This document shows positions 1 to 16,474 of a stretch of DNA of 64,000 nt, in pieces. The DNA lies in assembly GCF_009914755.1 (NCBI RefSeq), contig NC_060939.1. The stretch is one strand, 5' to 3'. The translations under genes were made by a program, and so were the position numbers. How positions within the stretch are numbered: position 1 is the first letter of the stretch; each line of letters starts with the position of its first letter. The notes below the pieces were generated by a model. It searched no databases. It was not told the DNA's origin and worked only from the letters and a program-made list of their open reading frames with translations. This stretch comes from the human T2T-CHM13v2.0 reference genome, Homo sapiens.

Positions 1-1275
<1,275 letters not shown>

Positions 1276-1913
1276 TTTAGCTGAAATTTTATGTATTTTA
1301 AAATTGATTGTGAAAAGCATGAAATGTTTAGTTGAATAGAAAATTTTGTGCAGTGGAATTAACTGAATCTTTAAAACCTTTTTATTATGGAAATATCCAA
1401 ACTAATTCATACATAGAAGAATATAATGAGTCCCCCATGTGCCCAGGCCCCAGCATTAATTATCAATATTTTGCCAATCTCGTTTCAGTTACATACACAC
1501 CCCCACACACGTTTTTTCCAAGAAAATTTTAAGTAAAATCACACATACTACGTCATTTTACCCATAAGTACATAAATGTACATTTCTTGACGTGGTATGT
1601 CTTTCTCTCATCACCTGTTTTGTTCTTTACTTTTATACCTTATACTATGTCATTATCAGACCTTGTAAAATTAACAAGAATTCCTTAATATGTCATATCC
1701 AGTTAATGATTGACTCATTTCTACTCTAGTTAAAGTACAATTTAGGACAAGGTTTGAGGATATTTTTTAACATTAAGATGTAAACTTTTATAACAACTGC
1801 TAAAATAATTGTTGCTAGAGTCTAACATTTCTATTGGCAAATTGGAAATTAGTATATATAGACATAGATTCTGCTCATTTTGCTTTCAATCTAAAATCTT
1901 AGTTAAGATTACT

Positions 1914-2195
1914 GGCCGGGTGCGGTGGCTCACACCTGTAATCCCAGCACTTTGGGAGGCAGAGGCGAGTGGATCACTGGGTCAGGAGTTCAAGACCAGC
2001 CTGGCCAATGTGGTGAAACCCCGTCTCTACTAAAAATACAAAAAAAAATTATTCGGGCATGGTGGCAGCCTCTTGTAATGGCAGCTACTCGGGAAGATGA
2101 GGCAGAGAATTGTTTGAACCCAGGAGGCAGAGGTCACAGTGAGCCAAGACCGCGTCACTGCACTCCAGCCTGGGTGACAGAGCAAGACTCCATCT

Positions 2196-2238
<43 letters not shown>
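1914..2238 (+). mobile_element. AluS-type SINE with ~40-nt poly(A) tail
   Basis: GGCCGGGTGCGGTGGCTCAC start, dimeric body, TSD AAGATTACT at 1905-1913 and 2237-2245. Confidence 0.95.
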
Positions 2239-2240
<2 letters not shown>

Positions 2241-2407
2241 TTACTATGCTAGAAAGTCTTCCTGTAGAGGCATTTTTAAGAAGCATTATGATAGGCATTG
2301 CCTCTGGAAAGCAGGCATGAATAGATGGCTGGGGTCTATCATAAGAGAGACCGTTCTTCATATATCACTTTGTACCCTCACATGTTGCCTTTTGTTTTGT
2401 TTTGGTC

Positions 2408-2560
2408 TTTTTTTGAGACAGGACCTTGTTCTGTCACTCAGGCTAGAGTGCAGTGGTGTGATCATAGCTCACTATAACCTTGAACTCCTGGGCTCAAGTG
2501 ATCCCCTTCCACAGCTCCCCGAGTAGCTGGGATTACAGTCATGCACCCCCATGCCTGGCT
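2408..2560 (-). mobile_element. Old Alu monomer (FRAM/AluJ-like)
   Basis: ttttgagacagg...ggctagagtgcagtggtgtgatcatagctcact. Confidence 0.85.
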
Positions 2561-2889
2561 GTATGTTGCTATTGTGTATTTTAAAAACCAATCCTGACTG
2601 TGCTGGTAGTCGCAGGAATCTGTGCACATACATGCAAACAAGTACATGTAAAACTGGTGAAATCTGAATAAGCTTCATGGATTATATCAATATCGGTTTC
2701 CTGATTCTAACAATGTATGATACTTATGCAAGATGTCATCATTGAGACTAAGTGAGTGAAGGATATGTGAGATCTTCGTAGTATTTCTTACGACTGCAAA
2801 ATAAAAAGTTTTTAAAACTAAGTTATAATAACGAAGAACTCTGTGTCAAAACTAAAATATAAAGTTGAAATATCAATTTTATTTTTTAG

Positions 2890-3016
2890 GAATCTGGTGG
2901 ACAGTAACAAACTTTGGTGGAATTTCAGGAACCATAGCCATTAAAATGGATGAGGGAACCTATATACATGCACTTGACAATGGTCTTTTTACCGTGGGAG
3001 CTCCACACAAAGAAAG
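2890..3016 (+). pseudogene. FRG1: FRG1-like exon 3
   Basis: IWWTVTNFGGISGTIAIKMDEGTYIHALDNGLFTVGAPHKE; AG at 2888-2889, GT at 3017; 127 nt, one extra A relative to the frame. Confidence 0.93.
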
Positions 3017-3795
3017 GTTTGTGTCTGGAAGGGAAGATCCTGCCACAAGTGTAGATTTTAGGACATTCATTCACTTAGGCCAAACTCTAACTAGTCTCAA
3101 ACATTTTCCAAAGAAATGGAACCATTGCATTTGACTCTTCCATTTTTTAATTCCTTAATATTTACCAGCCATTGGGAAGTCCCTCTTTCTAATATAAGCA
3201 TTTGAAAACATTCCATATAGTTCCATAAGAGTATCTTTGGAAATCAAAACAATATGAATAATTAAAATAGTAAGTGGAAAGAAAAAAGAAAACCTATTTG
3301 AGTCAAACATAATTGAATTTCTTTTTTATTCAGACCTATTACCAAAACTAACCTGGGTGCTTTTAACAATTTGAAGTTTCTTCATTTTCTTTAGCCCATT
3401 AGAGGAAGCACTAATGAGATATGAAGTAATTAGAAGATAAAAAGCAGTATCATTTGGTCAGCAAGGCCATCCATTGAATAAATGAAAGCATTTAGCTTTT
3501 TTAAATAAGTGCTTATTTATGATTGTATTTTAAAACATAAAGAGAAGCTATCTCAAAAGTTATTAAATAAGTATTATATCACCCTGTCTTACTCAGTGTA
3601 TAAAATTAGCACTGTAGTTAAAAGAAGGTAAAATAGATCTTGATTCCAAAGATACAGTATTACAGTGACATCAGTATATCTGAATATTCTTACATTTAAT
3701 TGCAGAAGAAAATAGCCACATTTTTTAAAGCAAAATAATGTCTTTATATTTATAGCAAATGTCAAATTTATTTTCAAATGTTTTTTCTCCAATAG

Positions 3796-3853
3796 TTGAT
3801 GAGGGCCCTAGTCCTCCAGAGCAGTTTATGGCTGTCAAATTATCTGATTCCAG
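3796..3853 (+). pseudogene. FRG1: FRG1-like exon 4
   Basis: DEGPSPPEQFMAVKLSDS; 58 nt; donor reads TTGAGC instead of GT. Confidence 0.92.
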
Positions 3854-5204
3854 TTGAGCTTATGTTGTAATATAATTAGTAACCAGTTATTTTAAAAATT
3901 TAATTGTATTCATTAAAAATTTTAGTATCTGTCTTAAGCCCACGGTAATTTTGATATAAAAAACGAAATAGCTTTTTTGAAAAGTAGATTTTGTGATCTA
4001 CTTTTAGTGGATTTCCTACCAATATATAATGCTAGGCTGGAAAAAAGATATGTAAGTTAAAAAATGAAGATTAATAATTTCACACACCAAGTAAGATAGA
4101 TTAAAAAATAAATCAAATAGTACAAAACCTGGTTCACTGTTGCTATGATATTTAAACTCACGTTTGGAAGTCTAAAGACAAACAGGAAGACTAAAAAAAG
4201 GAATATTGTTGAAACCAGCAGAGAATGTTACAGCATCATAACGACCAAAAGAATATTTTAACTCACTATTTTTACAGTCATTTTATAAAGTAGCCTTTTT
4301 TATTCTCACCTTGTGCAGAAGTATAGAATGATTCTTTGGGTAAAAGATACTGAAAGTGAATTTACACATTTTAGTAATTTGTTACATAGACATGATAATG
4401 ATTTCTGTTATATAATCATTAACGTATAAAGGAGTAAAAGTCAATTCTGGCATCCAAGGAGATTCTTGGTAAGGTAAAAGAAATCATAATTTTAAAAAAA
4501 TCACATTAAGATGATTATTTCTATACTTTCTTTGGAAGTCTGATAAGTAGGGTGAAAGACAAAGAAGAAAAGCAGAGGAAGAAAAAATTCAATAGTTTTA
4601 AACTGCTTTACAATTATAAACAAAAAAGGATTATAAAGAAAATTAACTGACAAATGAGGAAAATATTTGCAACAATCTTAATAGGCAGTGAGTTCTTACT
4701 CTTCATATGTATCTTGTATAAAATTCATAGCACTGAAGACCCCAGTAGAAAAATTGCGAACAATCAGATCTGAATAGAAAAGTGGACAAGGCACATTACC
4801 AGATAATCTAAAAACTAAAAAGGAAAGGAAAAGAAAAACAATTGTTATTCTAGTTAACTACTAAAATGCAAATTAATAGGATACTGTTTTTTTCCATATC
4901 AGGTTTTCAAGTATTTTTTTAGAGTCATAATGTTTAAAAAAAAAATCCATGATACAAAACATACTCTGTTAATTTGAGGTAAGAATGTAAATGGAAGCAG
5001 CATTTTCTGGCAAACAATTTGATGACATAAAGTTTTAGTAATTTATTATTGAAGTTTATAACTAAAGAGGTATAATTGAAGAATGATGAATTTTGAAAAT
5101 ATTTGTTATGTAATATATAAGGTACAATGTTTATATTAAAAAAGCAAAATATAAAACTAAATTTAAAACTGCACTGTCCAATATGGAAACAACTAGTCAC
5201 ATGC

Positions 5205-5238
<34 letters not shown>

Positions 5239-5664
5239 AAGGCACAGAGTCTCAATCTGTCAACCAGGCTGGAGGGCAGTGATGTGAACCTAGTTCACTA
5301 TAACCTCAAATTTCTGGGCTCAAGCACTCCTCCTGCATCAGCCTCTCAAGTAGCTGGTATTACATGTGCACACCACCATGCCCAGCTAACTTTTTAAATT
5401 TTTTGTAGAGATGGGGTCTCACTATGTTGCCCAGGCTGATCTTGAACTTCTTGTCTCAAGCAATTCTCCCATTGCCTTCCCAAAGCACAGAGATTACAGG
5501 CGTGAGTCACCACTCAGCCACATACATCTTTTGAACACTTGGAATATGTCCAGTCTGAAATTTTAGATATGTACACACCCACACACATACACATGTCCTG
5601 TTTTGATGTCCTATAATTAATTTTCTCTCAGTTTTTCACTTTTATCTATCTTATTACTGTACAG

Positions 5665-5781
5665 AACCGCCCTGAAATCTGGCTATGGAAAATATATCTT
5701 GGTATAAATTCAGATGAACTTGTTGTTGGGCGTTCAGATGCAGTTGAACCAAGAGAACAATAGGAACCAGTCTTTCAAAAT
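5665..5781 (+). pseudogene. FRG1: FRG1-like exon 5
   Basis: ALKSGYGKY/LGINSDELVVGRSDAVEPREQ*EPVFQN; 2-nt insertion, TAG at 5761, donor ATAAGT. Confidence 0.92.
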
Positions 5782-8043
5782 ATAAGTGCTGTTATTCTTT
5801 ATAAAAACTTCCTGTCAGTTTAACAGAAAGTCTGTAACAGTCAATCATAATATATTTAAAAAGAAAAAGTAGGATGCAATAGTATAATACATTAAATTGG
5901 AATAAATCAGTAAGAACATAGAGCCTTAAAGAGATCTCAAAATATAGTGCAACAAAAATAGCTTTAGTACTTTTGCCCACAATTATTTCTGTGTATCATT
6001 AGTGTCTAGATATGGATCTCATTTCCACTGAAGAACCAGTCAATTTTAGGTCACAGAGTAGGAAAACAGAATAGTTCCTAAGTATCTTCCTTGTAGCAGA
6101 AATCATGGATGCTTTCAGAAACATTACAGACTGTAAGAGAACAGTGGGGCTAGCTAAGAACAATTTGTGACAATTTGCGTATGAAATATAAATAATAATA
6201 GTTAATTGAAGTAAATTATCTCTAAAAGACTTTCAGTTCATAAGCTTAAAATAATGTATGAAAAGATAGTTTTAATATAAGAAGAAAAAAGATAATATAC
6301 TAATTCTTAATTTTAGTAAGTAGACAGTTGTAGTATATGGATGTTTTGTTAAATCTTTGTTGATACAGAATACATGATTTCCTTTTTCTGTGTGAGAAGT
6401 AAAGATTAAACAAAAAATATGTGAGTGCTAAACTGTCTTTAAAAAGTAGATAACTATATCAAAAACAGTAAGGACCAGTGGGTACCACACAGAACAAGCA
6501 AATAGAAGATAAGCTCAGCCTTTGAGTAGCAGCTTTGGTAGTATACAATAATGAACTGAAAATAGGAACTCAGCAGTGTTTTCCAAGATGACAGATTAAA
6601 CAAACATCCCACCAGAAAGAGGTAATCACTTAGACTAATTTCCTCATCCCCTAGGATAAAATCTTAAGTCAGTGACTCGAAAACTGTTTTGACCCAATCC
6701 ATTGAGAAATGCATTTTTACATTGCAGCCCAGCACACACATATGCATAACTGAAGCAAGAATTGTACTTAACAATACTTACTTATCCATGTGTTATGCAC
6801 CTTGATATTTCTTATTCTCTTTTACCCCTTCCTCTGTGTGTCTGTGTGTATTCCTTTTCCCCCCAGCCCACCCAATACCGTTCAGGAAACACTGCATTGA
6901 TTTCATTACCTGTTAATGTGTTGCAACCCCTTTGAGATGATCCTACTAGTTGTGATGAGATGTTTCTAATAAAAGTTCCACCAGTAGAAAATGCCATTAT
7001 TTCATAAGGCCAGGATGATGACTTAGATAGTACTAATAATACAACACTTTAGGAAAGTTCATTTCATTTTATTTTTAGGAAGGACACTAAGTTTCAAAAA
7101 TTTAAATTTAAATGAAAGAGGGTCTTAAAACTATTTCAAAAAGGACTCAGCTGAATAATCTGTGGCAGAGGTTTAAATCACCTTGGACCACACTGCCATG
7201 TTCCAGAGCTCACCAGGAGCCATCCAGATGAGAGAACACCCAGCCCTTGAGACTTGACTAAGAAATTAAATCCATGTTATCAGCACGTTTTTAACTGGAT
7301 GTGATATAAGGTTAACATATTTTGTAATCATTGTATTTATAAATATTTTGTCTAAATGTTATGGTATTCCAAGTTTTCCAAAAGAATCAACCAAATACAA
7401 GTTATAAATAAACGTTATATTTGTTACGGGAGTTAAGCTAACCAAATTTGTAACCCAGATTTAGATACACAAGAAAATCAGTTTTTAAAGTTTTGTTTAA
7501 TAGAAAGCAGTGTAATACATCAAACATTAAACAACTAAACATGTATATGAATATTTATTTTCACACACAAAAGTTCTTCAGACATTGATTCTTAAATTCA
7601 AAATACCAAAGACATTGTATATACCTTTTCATGTTTTCTAATTGTGAAGAAAATAAATTTTATTTAAAATGTTAATATTTGAATAAAGTATGCATTCATA
7701 ATTATGTTCTTGTCTTTAAAGTTAATTTTCCAAACAGAACTAAATCAGTTTTATCTTCAGTAGATCTTTTAGAAAGGAAGCAATCCTACCTCATCTAAGT
7801 AGAATTTAGTCCTACTAGGAAGACACATTACAAATGTTTTTTGTGGTAATCTTTGAATAGTAAAATGGAAGGTGATTTTGGTTTCCTTTTCTATATGTTC
7901 TTGTATTATATTTTTCAGGTTTTTCTCTAAGTTCTTTTCTGTGATTTTTAAATCAGGGAGGAAAAATTAATTCAGTCTAAACACTTAATGTTTCTTCCAC
8001 AAGAAGTATCCTCATGGCTATTTTGTTATTTTGTTTCACTTAG

Positions 8044-8148
8044 GGGAAAATGGCTTTGTTGGCCTCAGATAGCTGCTTTATTAGATGTAATGAAGCAGGG
8101 GACATAGAAGCAAAAAGTAAAACAGCAGGAGAAGAAGAAATGATCAAG
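8044..8148 (+). pseudogene. FRG1: FRG1-like exon 6
   Basis: [35 protein letters not shown]; AG/GT intact. Confidence 0.94.
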
Positions 8149-9466
8149 GTAATGATGACATTTTATACAGATGACTGCATTCACACATGCGATGTGACTG
8201 TATCTCTTTAAAATGTTAAGTCATCATTTACTGTCACTTTAAAGATTTAGTTAATAGCTTTTTATAATGTGGTGTTTCAAATAGACTCATTTTAAATTAT
8301 AAATCCCATAGTTGATGGCTTGTTTATACAATGTGTTAGAGAAATCAGTGCATCTAGGAGCTACCTTGCCATTATCTCCATGGATTAGTATCTTTTTCTG
8401 GTAGTTCCACATGCTCTTTTTAAGCTTTCATTTTCTTGTTTTCTTGCTTGTATTTTAAAATCTGATTTTTTAAATAGATAACATGTACACGTGGTCCAAC
8501 ATTTTTAAATAAAAGCATATAAAGATGAAGATACATGCCTGACATGCATCTTACTCACCTGTGTCCCAGCTCCTGTTCCTCGTTCACTTTGTTTTGTTTT
8601 TTTATAGCCTCCTAAAGTTTCTTTATAAACATATGAATATATTTATAATTTTCAACTGTTTTACACTAAAGACAACCTCCTCTATAGTCTTCTCGACTTT
8701 GATTTTTTTTTTCCTTAAAATTGTATCTTGGAGAGCTTTCTACTATTAGTTTCAATGTAGAAAGTTTTCTCTTTGTCTTGCTTTTCCTCTCTTTCTCTCT
8801 CTCTCTTTTTTAACAGCCACATAAAATTCCATTTTAGGGATGTACCTTAATTTATTTAGTCTTTTGTAGATGGAAATTTAGGCTGTTTCCAGTCTTTTGC
8901 TCTTATAAACAGTGCTGCAGTACATAACATTGAATATGCATCAATTTATAGATGTGCGGGTGGACCTGAAGATAAATTTCCAGAAGCAGAATTACCAGGT
9001 GGGGGTATACGCGTTTGTATTTATGTAATGCTTGAGCTTCTGTGATGATAATCACTCTATGAAACATAAAAAATCATAGCAGAACTTCTGGGGCCTTAGC
9101 CCTTACATTTTAAAAATATTTTTATTAATAGTACCTGTCTTCTTTGCATTAGGAGAAACATGAATCACATAAAACATGGTTTTTATTTTATTTTTAAAAT
9201 TCATGTGCATCACTAATCTGGAAATAAAAGTTCCTTATTCCAGGCTAAATTCCCTCATCCATAGTCAGATGTGTTATCCATTGCACCAGTGGCCTGTGCC
9301 CTCCCTAATCCTACTCTTTGTTTTACATCATTGTAAAAGTTACACAGACATCTTCATATCAAGGTGAAATTCCAAATAATACTGTTAATATAACCTAGAT
9401 AAATCAGGTAGTTAACTGGAACTTGACGAAAACATTTAAGGATTAATTTTTTAGACTCACAAAAGC

Positions 9467-9686
9467 CACTGATCTTTAATGATATGCATATACCAGGATG
9501 TGTCTAAAGAATAACTCCCCCCTTCTTGACACATGGTTTTTCTGTGTCTTGGCATTCCATCGTAGTACTGAGCAAAGACACTGATCTTTAATGATAAACA
9601 TATACCAGGATGCGTCTAAAGAATAACTCCCCCCTTCTTGACACATGGTTTTTCTGTGTCTTGGCATTCCATCCCAGTACTGAGCA
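9467..9686. repeat. 112-bp tandem duplication (2 copies) in FRG1 intron 6
   Basis: cactgatctttaatgata...cagtactgagca starts at 9467 and 9579. Confidence 0.93.
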
Positions 9687-11458
9687 TCCAGAACCTTACT
9701 TTGTTTGTCTCTGTTGGGAATCACAGGTTGCATCCAGTCTGAACCAGATTTGCTCTGTAAGACATTGTGGGGGCCAGAGTGGAAGGGTCTAAGAGAGGGG
9801 GCAAATGCCTTTTCTAAAATGCCCTTCATTCTTATAATTAGAGCATAAAAATTTATGTTACATTTTTCTCTACTTCCAGTGTAATTTAAAAGCATCTATC
9901 AATTCTCTGTACGTGTTTCATGTTAGATTTCCGGTCATATGTTTGATTTTCTTTTTAGAATAGTCTTGATTTCAGATAATTTCAAATCTAAAGCTCAAAC
10001 AAATTCAATCTAAAATGTAGGTATTTTCTTACAGTTAGAGAAGTGAAATGTTATATTTTTTCTTTGCATGCATCCAGCACATGCGTTGTAGTCTTGAATT
10101 TCCATAATGCTCCTGTGAGGTGGATGTGAACTCAGCCTTACAGACAGGAAGACAGCCTCTGACCCTCCTTACATCCTTGTGGTTTTTGTCAGTCAGTTCA
10201 TGGAAATCACAGTGATTTCAAGGTGTGGTAAGACAGGATGTGTACCCAGGCCCAGCTGACTCCAGAGGCCACTCTCAGTATTTCATAGCACATTGCTTCT
10301 CAGGAAACAGGTCATTGGGGAAATGCAGATGGGTTTGTGACTTACATTTAATTTTATTTATTTATATTTTATTATATCATGTTTAAATTATTTTTCATCT
10401 GGATATCATCACAAAAGTGTTACTGAAGGCAACAATTGCAAATATATGTGCAGTGTTTTGCACTTATACAAAGATACAAAGATACACAAAGATTGCATTT
10501 TTCATGATTTAAAGCAATTTTCAGATGAAATACAAAGTTTTCTGGGTCTTTTTGGTTAGTCAAGTACTTGGGAGCTCTGAACAGTGATTATTTAGGACTC
10601 TTTTTGTACCATTTAATTGCAGACTGTCCTAATCTCTGTCAGCCCTTCACCTTTATGACCTTGCCTTGTCTACCAGAACACAGACCCCTCTTACTAAAGG
10701 TAGCATTGTGCTACAGGCCCTAGCAGGGAATGTTTTCAGGTCTGGGACCCCTGTAATCAAAACTGTCACAAAGATGTCATTGGCACAAACACGTTATTTG
10801 TCATCACTTTCTAAGCAGCCCTGGAACTGGACTCTGGCCACAGAGATCCCTTAGGAGACATGAGTCCTTACCATTGCCAATTGCCTGTTCTGTGGGCGAT
10901 CCTAATTGTTGAATGCAGATTAATTAACTTATGACATGTGATAGTAAACATCTATCCAAACTTAGGAGGATATAAGAAGCTAGTAAAAGAGGTGGGTTCC
11001 AATTAATTAAAAACAAGTTGTGTAATGTTAAAAGTTTTAATACTTTGGTAATACTCTGTGCAATGTAAAATAGCTATTAAGCTTTTAATCTGATCAAATG
11101 AACACTTGTCTACTAGGGATAATTTGATCCCAGTGTATTCACTTGGAGGACAAAATTAAATTAATGATTTCCTTATTGCTTAGCAGGATCTGATATGTAA
11201 AATGTTCCTGAAATAATTTTGTTTGTAGTGTTTCTGACACAAGGGCTGTGGAGAAAGCATGTGATAGCACTTACTCATATAGATTATATATATGAAGTAA
11301 AAACACATAGCCAGAACCTGTCTTTTTCTGAATATAGTTGCTCAGTTAATTTTTTCTTCTGCATAAGAAATCATCTAGAATGTTCTTATGTGATGCGTAA
11401 AGTGTGGAAGGTGGAAGATAAACATATAACCCATTGGATTCTGTTTTCCAATATCTAG

Positions 11459-11547
11459 ATTAGATCCTGTGCTGAAAGAGAAACCAAGAAAAAAGATGAC
11501 ATTCCAGAAGACAAAGGAAATGTAAAACAATATGAAATCAATTATGT
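11459..11547 (+). pseudogene. FRG1: FRG1-like exon 7
   Basis: [29 protein letters not shown]; AG/GT intact; one Glu codon missing versus recalled IPEEDK. Confidence 0.92.
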
Positions 11548-11624
11548 GTATGTATGCTTTTCCTTTTAGACCTACAGATTTGACAGTGAAGTGCTTCTCA
11601 AAGTGCTTTCAAAATAAATTACCT

Positions 11625-11772
11625 AATTACCTGGGAATGGTGATGCATGCCTGTAGACCCAGCTACATGGAAGGCTGAGACATGAGGATTGAGCCCAGGA
11701 GTTCAAGGCTGCAGTGAGCTCTGATCACCACTGCATTCCAGCCTGAGTGACAGAACAAGACCCTGTCTGAAA
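11625..11772 (+). mobile_element. Alu monomer (FRAM/AluJ-like)
   Basis: gcctgtagacccagctac...gagttcaaggctgcagtgagc. Confidence 0.85.
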
Positions 11773-12061
11773 AATGAAAACTGATGGACAAGAAGAGGCA
11801 ACACAGTGTAGCCTCTAGGACAGAGCACTGAGCTAAATGCTTTTCTCTTCTTGAGGGTTCAGTTTTCCTAATCATCCTACCAGCTCCCAAAGGTAGTCAC
11901 TCGGGTTAGTCAATCTCTCTATTCATTCATAGAATGGGCCTGATGTTTGTCAAAGGCTGTGCTATGGCCAGGACACAGGGGACTCCAGCCAGCAGGCCTT
12001 AATAGAAGTGGGGCCTTCTGCTACCCAGTCAATGAGTGGCCCTCCTCTTGAGAGGTTATGA

Positions 12062-12430
<369 letters not shown>

Positions 12431-12512
12431 TAATAAGTGAAAAAGAAATTAACAGTATTTACAAATTTAATAGTAAATATGTATAATCAGAGTTTGAGGT
12501 ATTTTTCAATGA

Positions 12513-12641
<129 letters not shown>

Positions 12642-13817
12642 TAGCTATTTATTTACTTATTTTCACTATTTTCAGTAGCCAATAGAAATGACATGTAGAA
12701 AACCTATATTCTCTTAAATTACTGTAGTTTTCACATTTTTGTCTTTATTTCTAATTTATGAGTGTGGCAATATTACCTAGAGAGGACATCATGAGTTTGG
12801 GAAAAGACTGTCAAGAAAGAATATCTAAAAATTATAACCGATTCTAAGTATATATTTTAAGAAATTCAGGTTTGACTGTATCTACTTCATAAATTTATCA
12901 TTATCTTTTTATAACTATTAGAACCAGAGTTAGAAAGAAGCAGTTTGACTAATATAAAAATTATGTGGATTCTGTTAGAGTAGTTCAGGTTCCTTAAAAT
13001 AAGCATAGATCAACTAAAAAACTAAGTATAAAAACTAAACAAGTGAAATTGAAGCAGTTTTATTGTAAGATTTGGAAGAGTGCAGGATGTTTATCATAGC
13101 ACACTATTAATATTTATTATTGTTCCTATGTAGATAAGTAATGTCCTAGATTTACAACATAGAAAAACAGGTAGAGACGTTTAGCTGTGAGTGTACAACT
13201 ATAAATCAATTAAGTGCCAGATTTTGATAATCACCAGCCGCTCATTCAAGTCCTATGTTGCAAAGTTACTCTTACGCTTTTTTTACATTACTTGATAAAG
13301 GCAATCTTTAATTACATATTTTCTATTAACTAGCTGGTAGAGTTCATACCTAAAGTCAGTAAATAATGTTAAGAATTTTTTCCAGCTGAGCAAATGAGTA
13401 TGTATCTAGTTGTAAGAAATCAAGAAGAGGATATAAAATATAATCAGGATGTGGACTCTAAAACGGAATAACCTCTATGTCCTGTAACTTTTATCACTCG
13501 TAATAATACAGTATTCTCACCCTATTAAATGGAAATTTAAAGCACCTTTAAATTCCAGAATAATTAAAATTGCTATTTGGATTGAAAAAGCCCTTAGGCG
13601 ACATTTATTGAATATTAGGAAATAACTTTTATATGATTAGAATCCATTTTTTATAGAAACCAAATTTGAAAGTATACATATTTTAATATAAGTGTTGTGG
13701 TAATACAGTAACCAAAATTGAACATACAGTTTTAAAACTTTTTATATTTAGTAGCAGTTGAATATATATGGCATGTTTTACATAGATTAATTTTACTATT
13801 TTTCTTTGTTTAAAAAA

Positions 13818-13904
13818 GAGAACCAAATTGAAAGCCGACAGATACTGCAAATGACTGGGATTTTTATTTCTGCCTTATCTTTTTGTGTTTTTTTTCTGAA
13901 TAAA
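13818..13904 (+). pseudogene. FRG1: FRG1-like terminal exon 9
   Basis: RTKLKADRYCK* (TGA at 13852-13854) then AATAAA; the in-frame acceptor position reads AA. Confidence 0.9.
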
Positions 13905-14952
13905 ATATTCAGAGGAAATGCTTTTACAGAGTTCTTGAGTTGTTGTGAAATTATTATTTAGGTAGTACCTAGTTTAACCAGGATTAAACAAGTTTAATCA
14001 GGATTCTTCATGGATGTACTTTTTAGCTAACTACAATTTTTCACATGGAAATGAAACTTACAGTACACACTTAACATACCACAGAATTTTTTTCTGGATT
14101 TCTGGTCCTGAAGCATGAAGTGTAGTAGAAACCAATTCTTCCTGCGCTACTTGTGGAATCTTTCTTACTGGATCATAATCTTACTTACTTTATACAATAG
14201 ATGCTTAATCAGTGCCTTTAATAGGAAGTTAAAAACTCCCAATCCAATCAACAAGGCTTTGATTCTACCTCCTAAGTAATATCCAGATCGCAGACAATCC
14301 AAATATCAGAACTAGGGGGCCGGACAGAGGACAAATCATCTATTAGGGAGTGGGACAGAAAGTAGAAACATTACAAAGGAGCAAGTAGTCTCAGAAAAGA
14401 GGGGAGAGTAGTACTGGGAAAACTCCCTACTGAGGACAGGTTTGCCACAGTGGATATGTATGTGATGCTTTTGTCCTCGTGGGCTGGAATGGAAGCTGAT
14501 AAAGAAGTTCAGACGCTAAGTGTTGCTTAGGTCTGCTTTGTTGAAGCCTGTCTCTTTCAGAGTTCCTAAACACAATATTCCCGTGGCATCTAATCCCAGT
14601 GAGTGCTCCAAATCCAGGCTGTGTATCAGATGCCATGGGAAATTCTGCCTCAGGATTGAGGTTGGTTCACGCATCTGGATGATGTCAAAAGTCCACGTTG
14701 TGTGCTGGCCTAACTTGAAAGACCCTATCTAGTTCTAGCCTTTAAATTCCTTTTGTCACCAAATCTGGAGTTACATGGCATCTGTACAAGCTAAGTAGCC
14801 GAGGCATGGGATCAGCCCTATAAAGGAGCTTTTGGAGCTTTTTTTGTAGGTCTAGCTTCAACTTGGCACTCCAGTTCCAATAGCTGGACTTTCTCTCATC
14901 GTGTGTGCTGATCCTTGGATTGGGAACAAAGTAACCACTCTGATCCCTCAAA

Positions 14953-15105
14953 GCAGTGGTTCCAGTTCCCAACTGGTGACTATTTTGCCTCCCAGGGAAC
15001 ATTTTTGGTTTTCCCAACTGGAATACGGTGTTAGAGAGTAGAGGCTAGGGATGCTGCGAAGCACGTTGCAGAATCCTCTTCCGCCCAGAATGCTAACAGT
15101 GCCAA
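14953..15105. mobile_element. Degenerate MER20-like DNA transposon fragment
   Basis: cagtggtt...ttttgcctcccagggaacattt...gaggctagggatgctgc. Confidence 0.55.
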
Positions 15106-16474
15106 GGTTATGGAGCCTTCCCACCCAAGGGCTTGGCCTATTTCTTGCTTTTGCCAGCTCCCTAACCCTTAAACACAACAGTTCAAATCTATATGCATAA
15201 GTATCTCCTAGGGACCTGCACGTTTCCAATATCGACTACTGAGACCCATCCGTAGAGATGCAGGCTTAGGAGGTCTAGGATTGGGCTCAAAATTTTCATT
15301 TTAACAAGTACTCTAGGTCATTCTGAAGCAAGTGATACAAACCACAGAATGAAGAACACGCCTTCAGGAGACTGAATCTTGCTTCCCAACACTAGCTTGG
15401 TATCTGAGACCATCTGCCTGCTGACTGGCTTTCCTGGCACAAACATTCTGCATGTAGGCACAGTGTGTTCCTGGACTCCATGTCAACCCGTTCACCCTCA
15501 TGTTCCCTTGGTTCCTCTCCCCAGTCCAGCGAGCAGAACTGATTACAGATCTTGACAACAGAAAATACAGATTTAAAATAACTTATCTGTTCCCGTGGAC
15601 TTTATCCACTAGTGGAGGAGGACAAGTGGACAAGGGGAGAGGGTAGGTGGGGGCTCCTTCCCTATTCCTCCCATTCCACTTTATACAAACCCCAGCTAGA
15701 CCACTGGGAGAGCAACGGAGGTTAAGAATGACTGCATCTAAATATTGTCATCTGGTCCACTCTTCTTCCATCTTGTACACAAGAATATCATGAGTTTTGC
15801 TTAAAGCACTACCGAAACCAAGATAAACTCTGGCTTAGCATGCCCCTGACGGATCAGTCTAGTAATCTTATCAAAACCAAGACTACCTAAAAGCACTAAC
15901 CAAAGGAAAGCTCCCTCACCCCAACCTATGACTGCTCACATTTTTGAGATTGAATCATTTCAATTGTATTTTAAGATTCATTGACTCTTTACCACCTCCA
16001 AGCTTCTCCTGAGCACAACTGATTGTTATTTTTTAATTTTGAAAACTTTCTCACTTCTAGAATTTCCACTTGAGCCTTTGTTATTATTGTAGTTTCTTCT
16101 TCTCTGCTGTGATTTCCTATTCATTTATTTTATGGGTTTTTGGGGTTTTGATTTTAGTAAGAATTACAATAACTACTTTAAAAATCCACACTAATTCCAA
16201 CATCTGGGTTATCTCGAGGTCAGTCTCTATTGATTGCATTTTTCTTTGAATATGTTTCTTTATATGTTTGATATAATGGTATTGAATTCTGAATATTGTA
16301 AAACTAGATTTTGTTTTGTTCCTCTGAAAATTTTGATAATTTTATGTTGTATTTGTTGTATTTTGTTTGATTGTTTTTTTTCTATTGTATACTTTACAAT
16401 ATATTTTCCTTCAATGGTTTTAACATTTATATTTCTCAAAATATTTATGTTTATGTTAAAAATTATACAAAGTA

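Noticed and set aside
1809-2678. ORFs such as 1925..2320 (and similarly 12071..12433)
   Set aside because: Alu-derived translations
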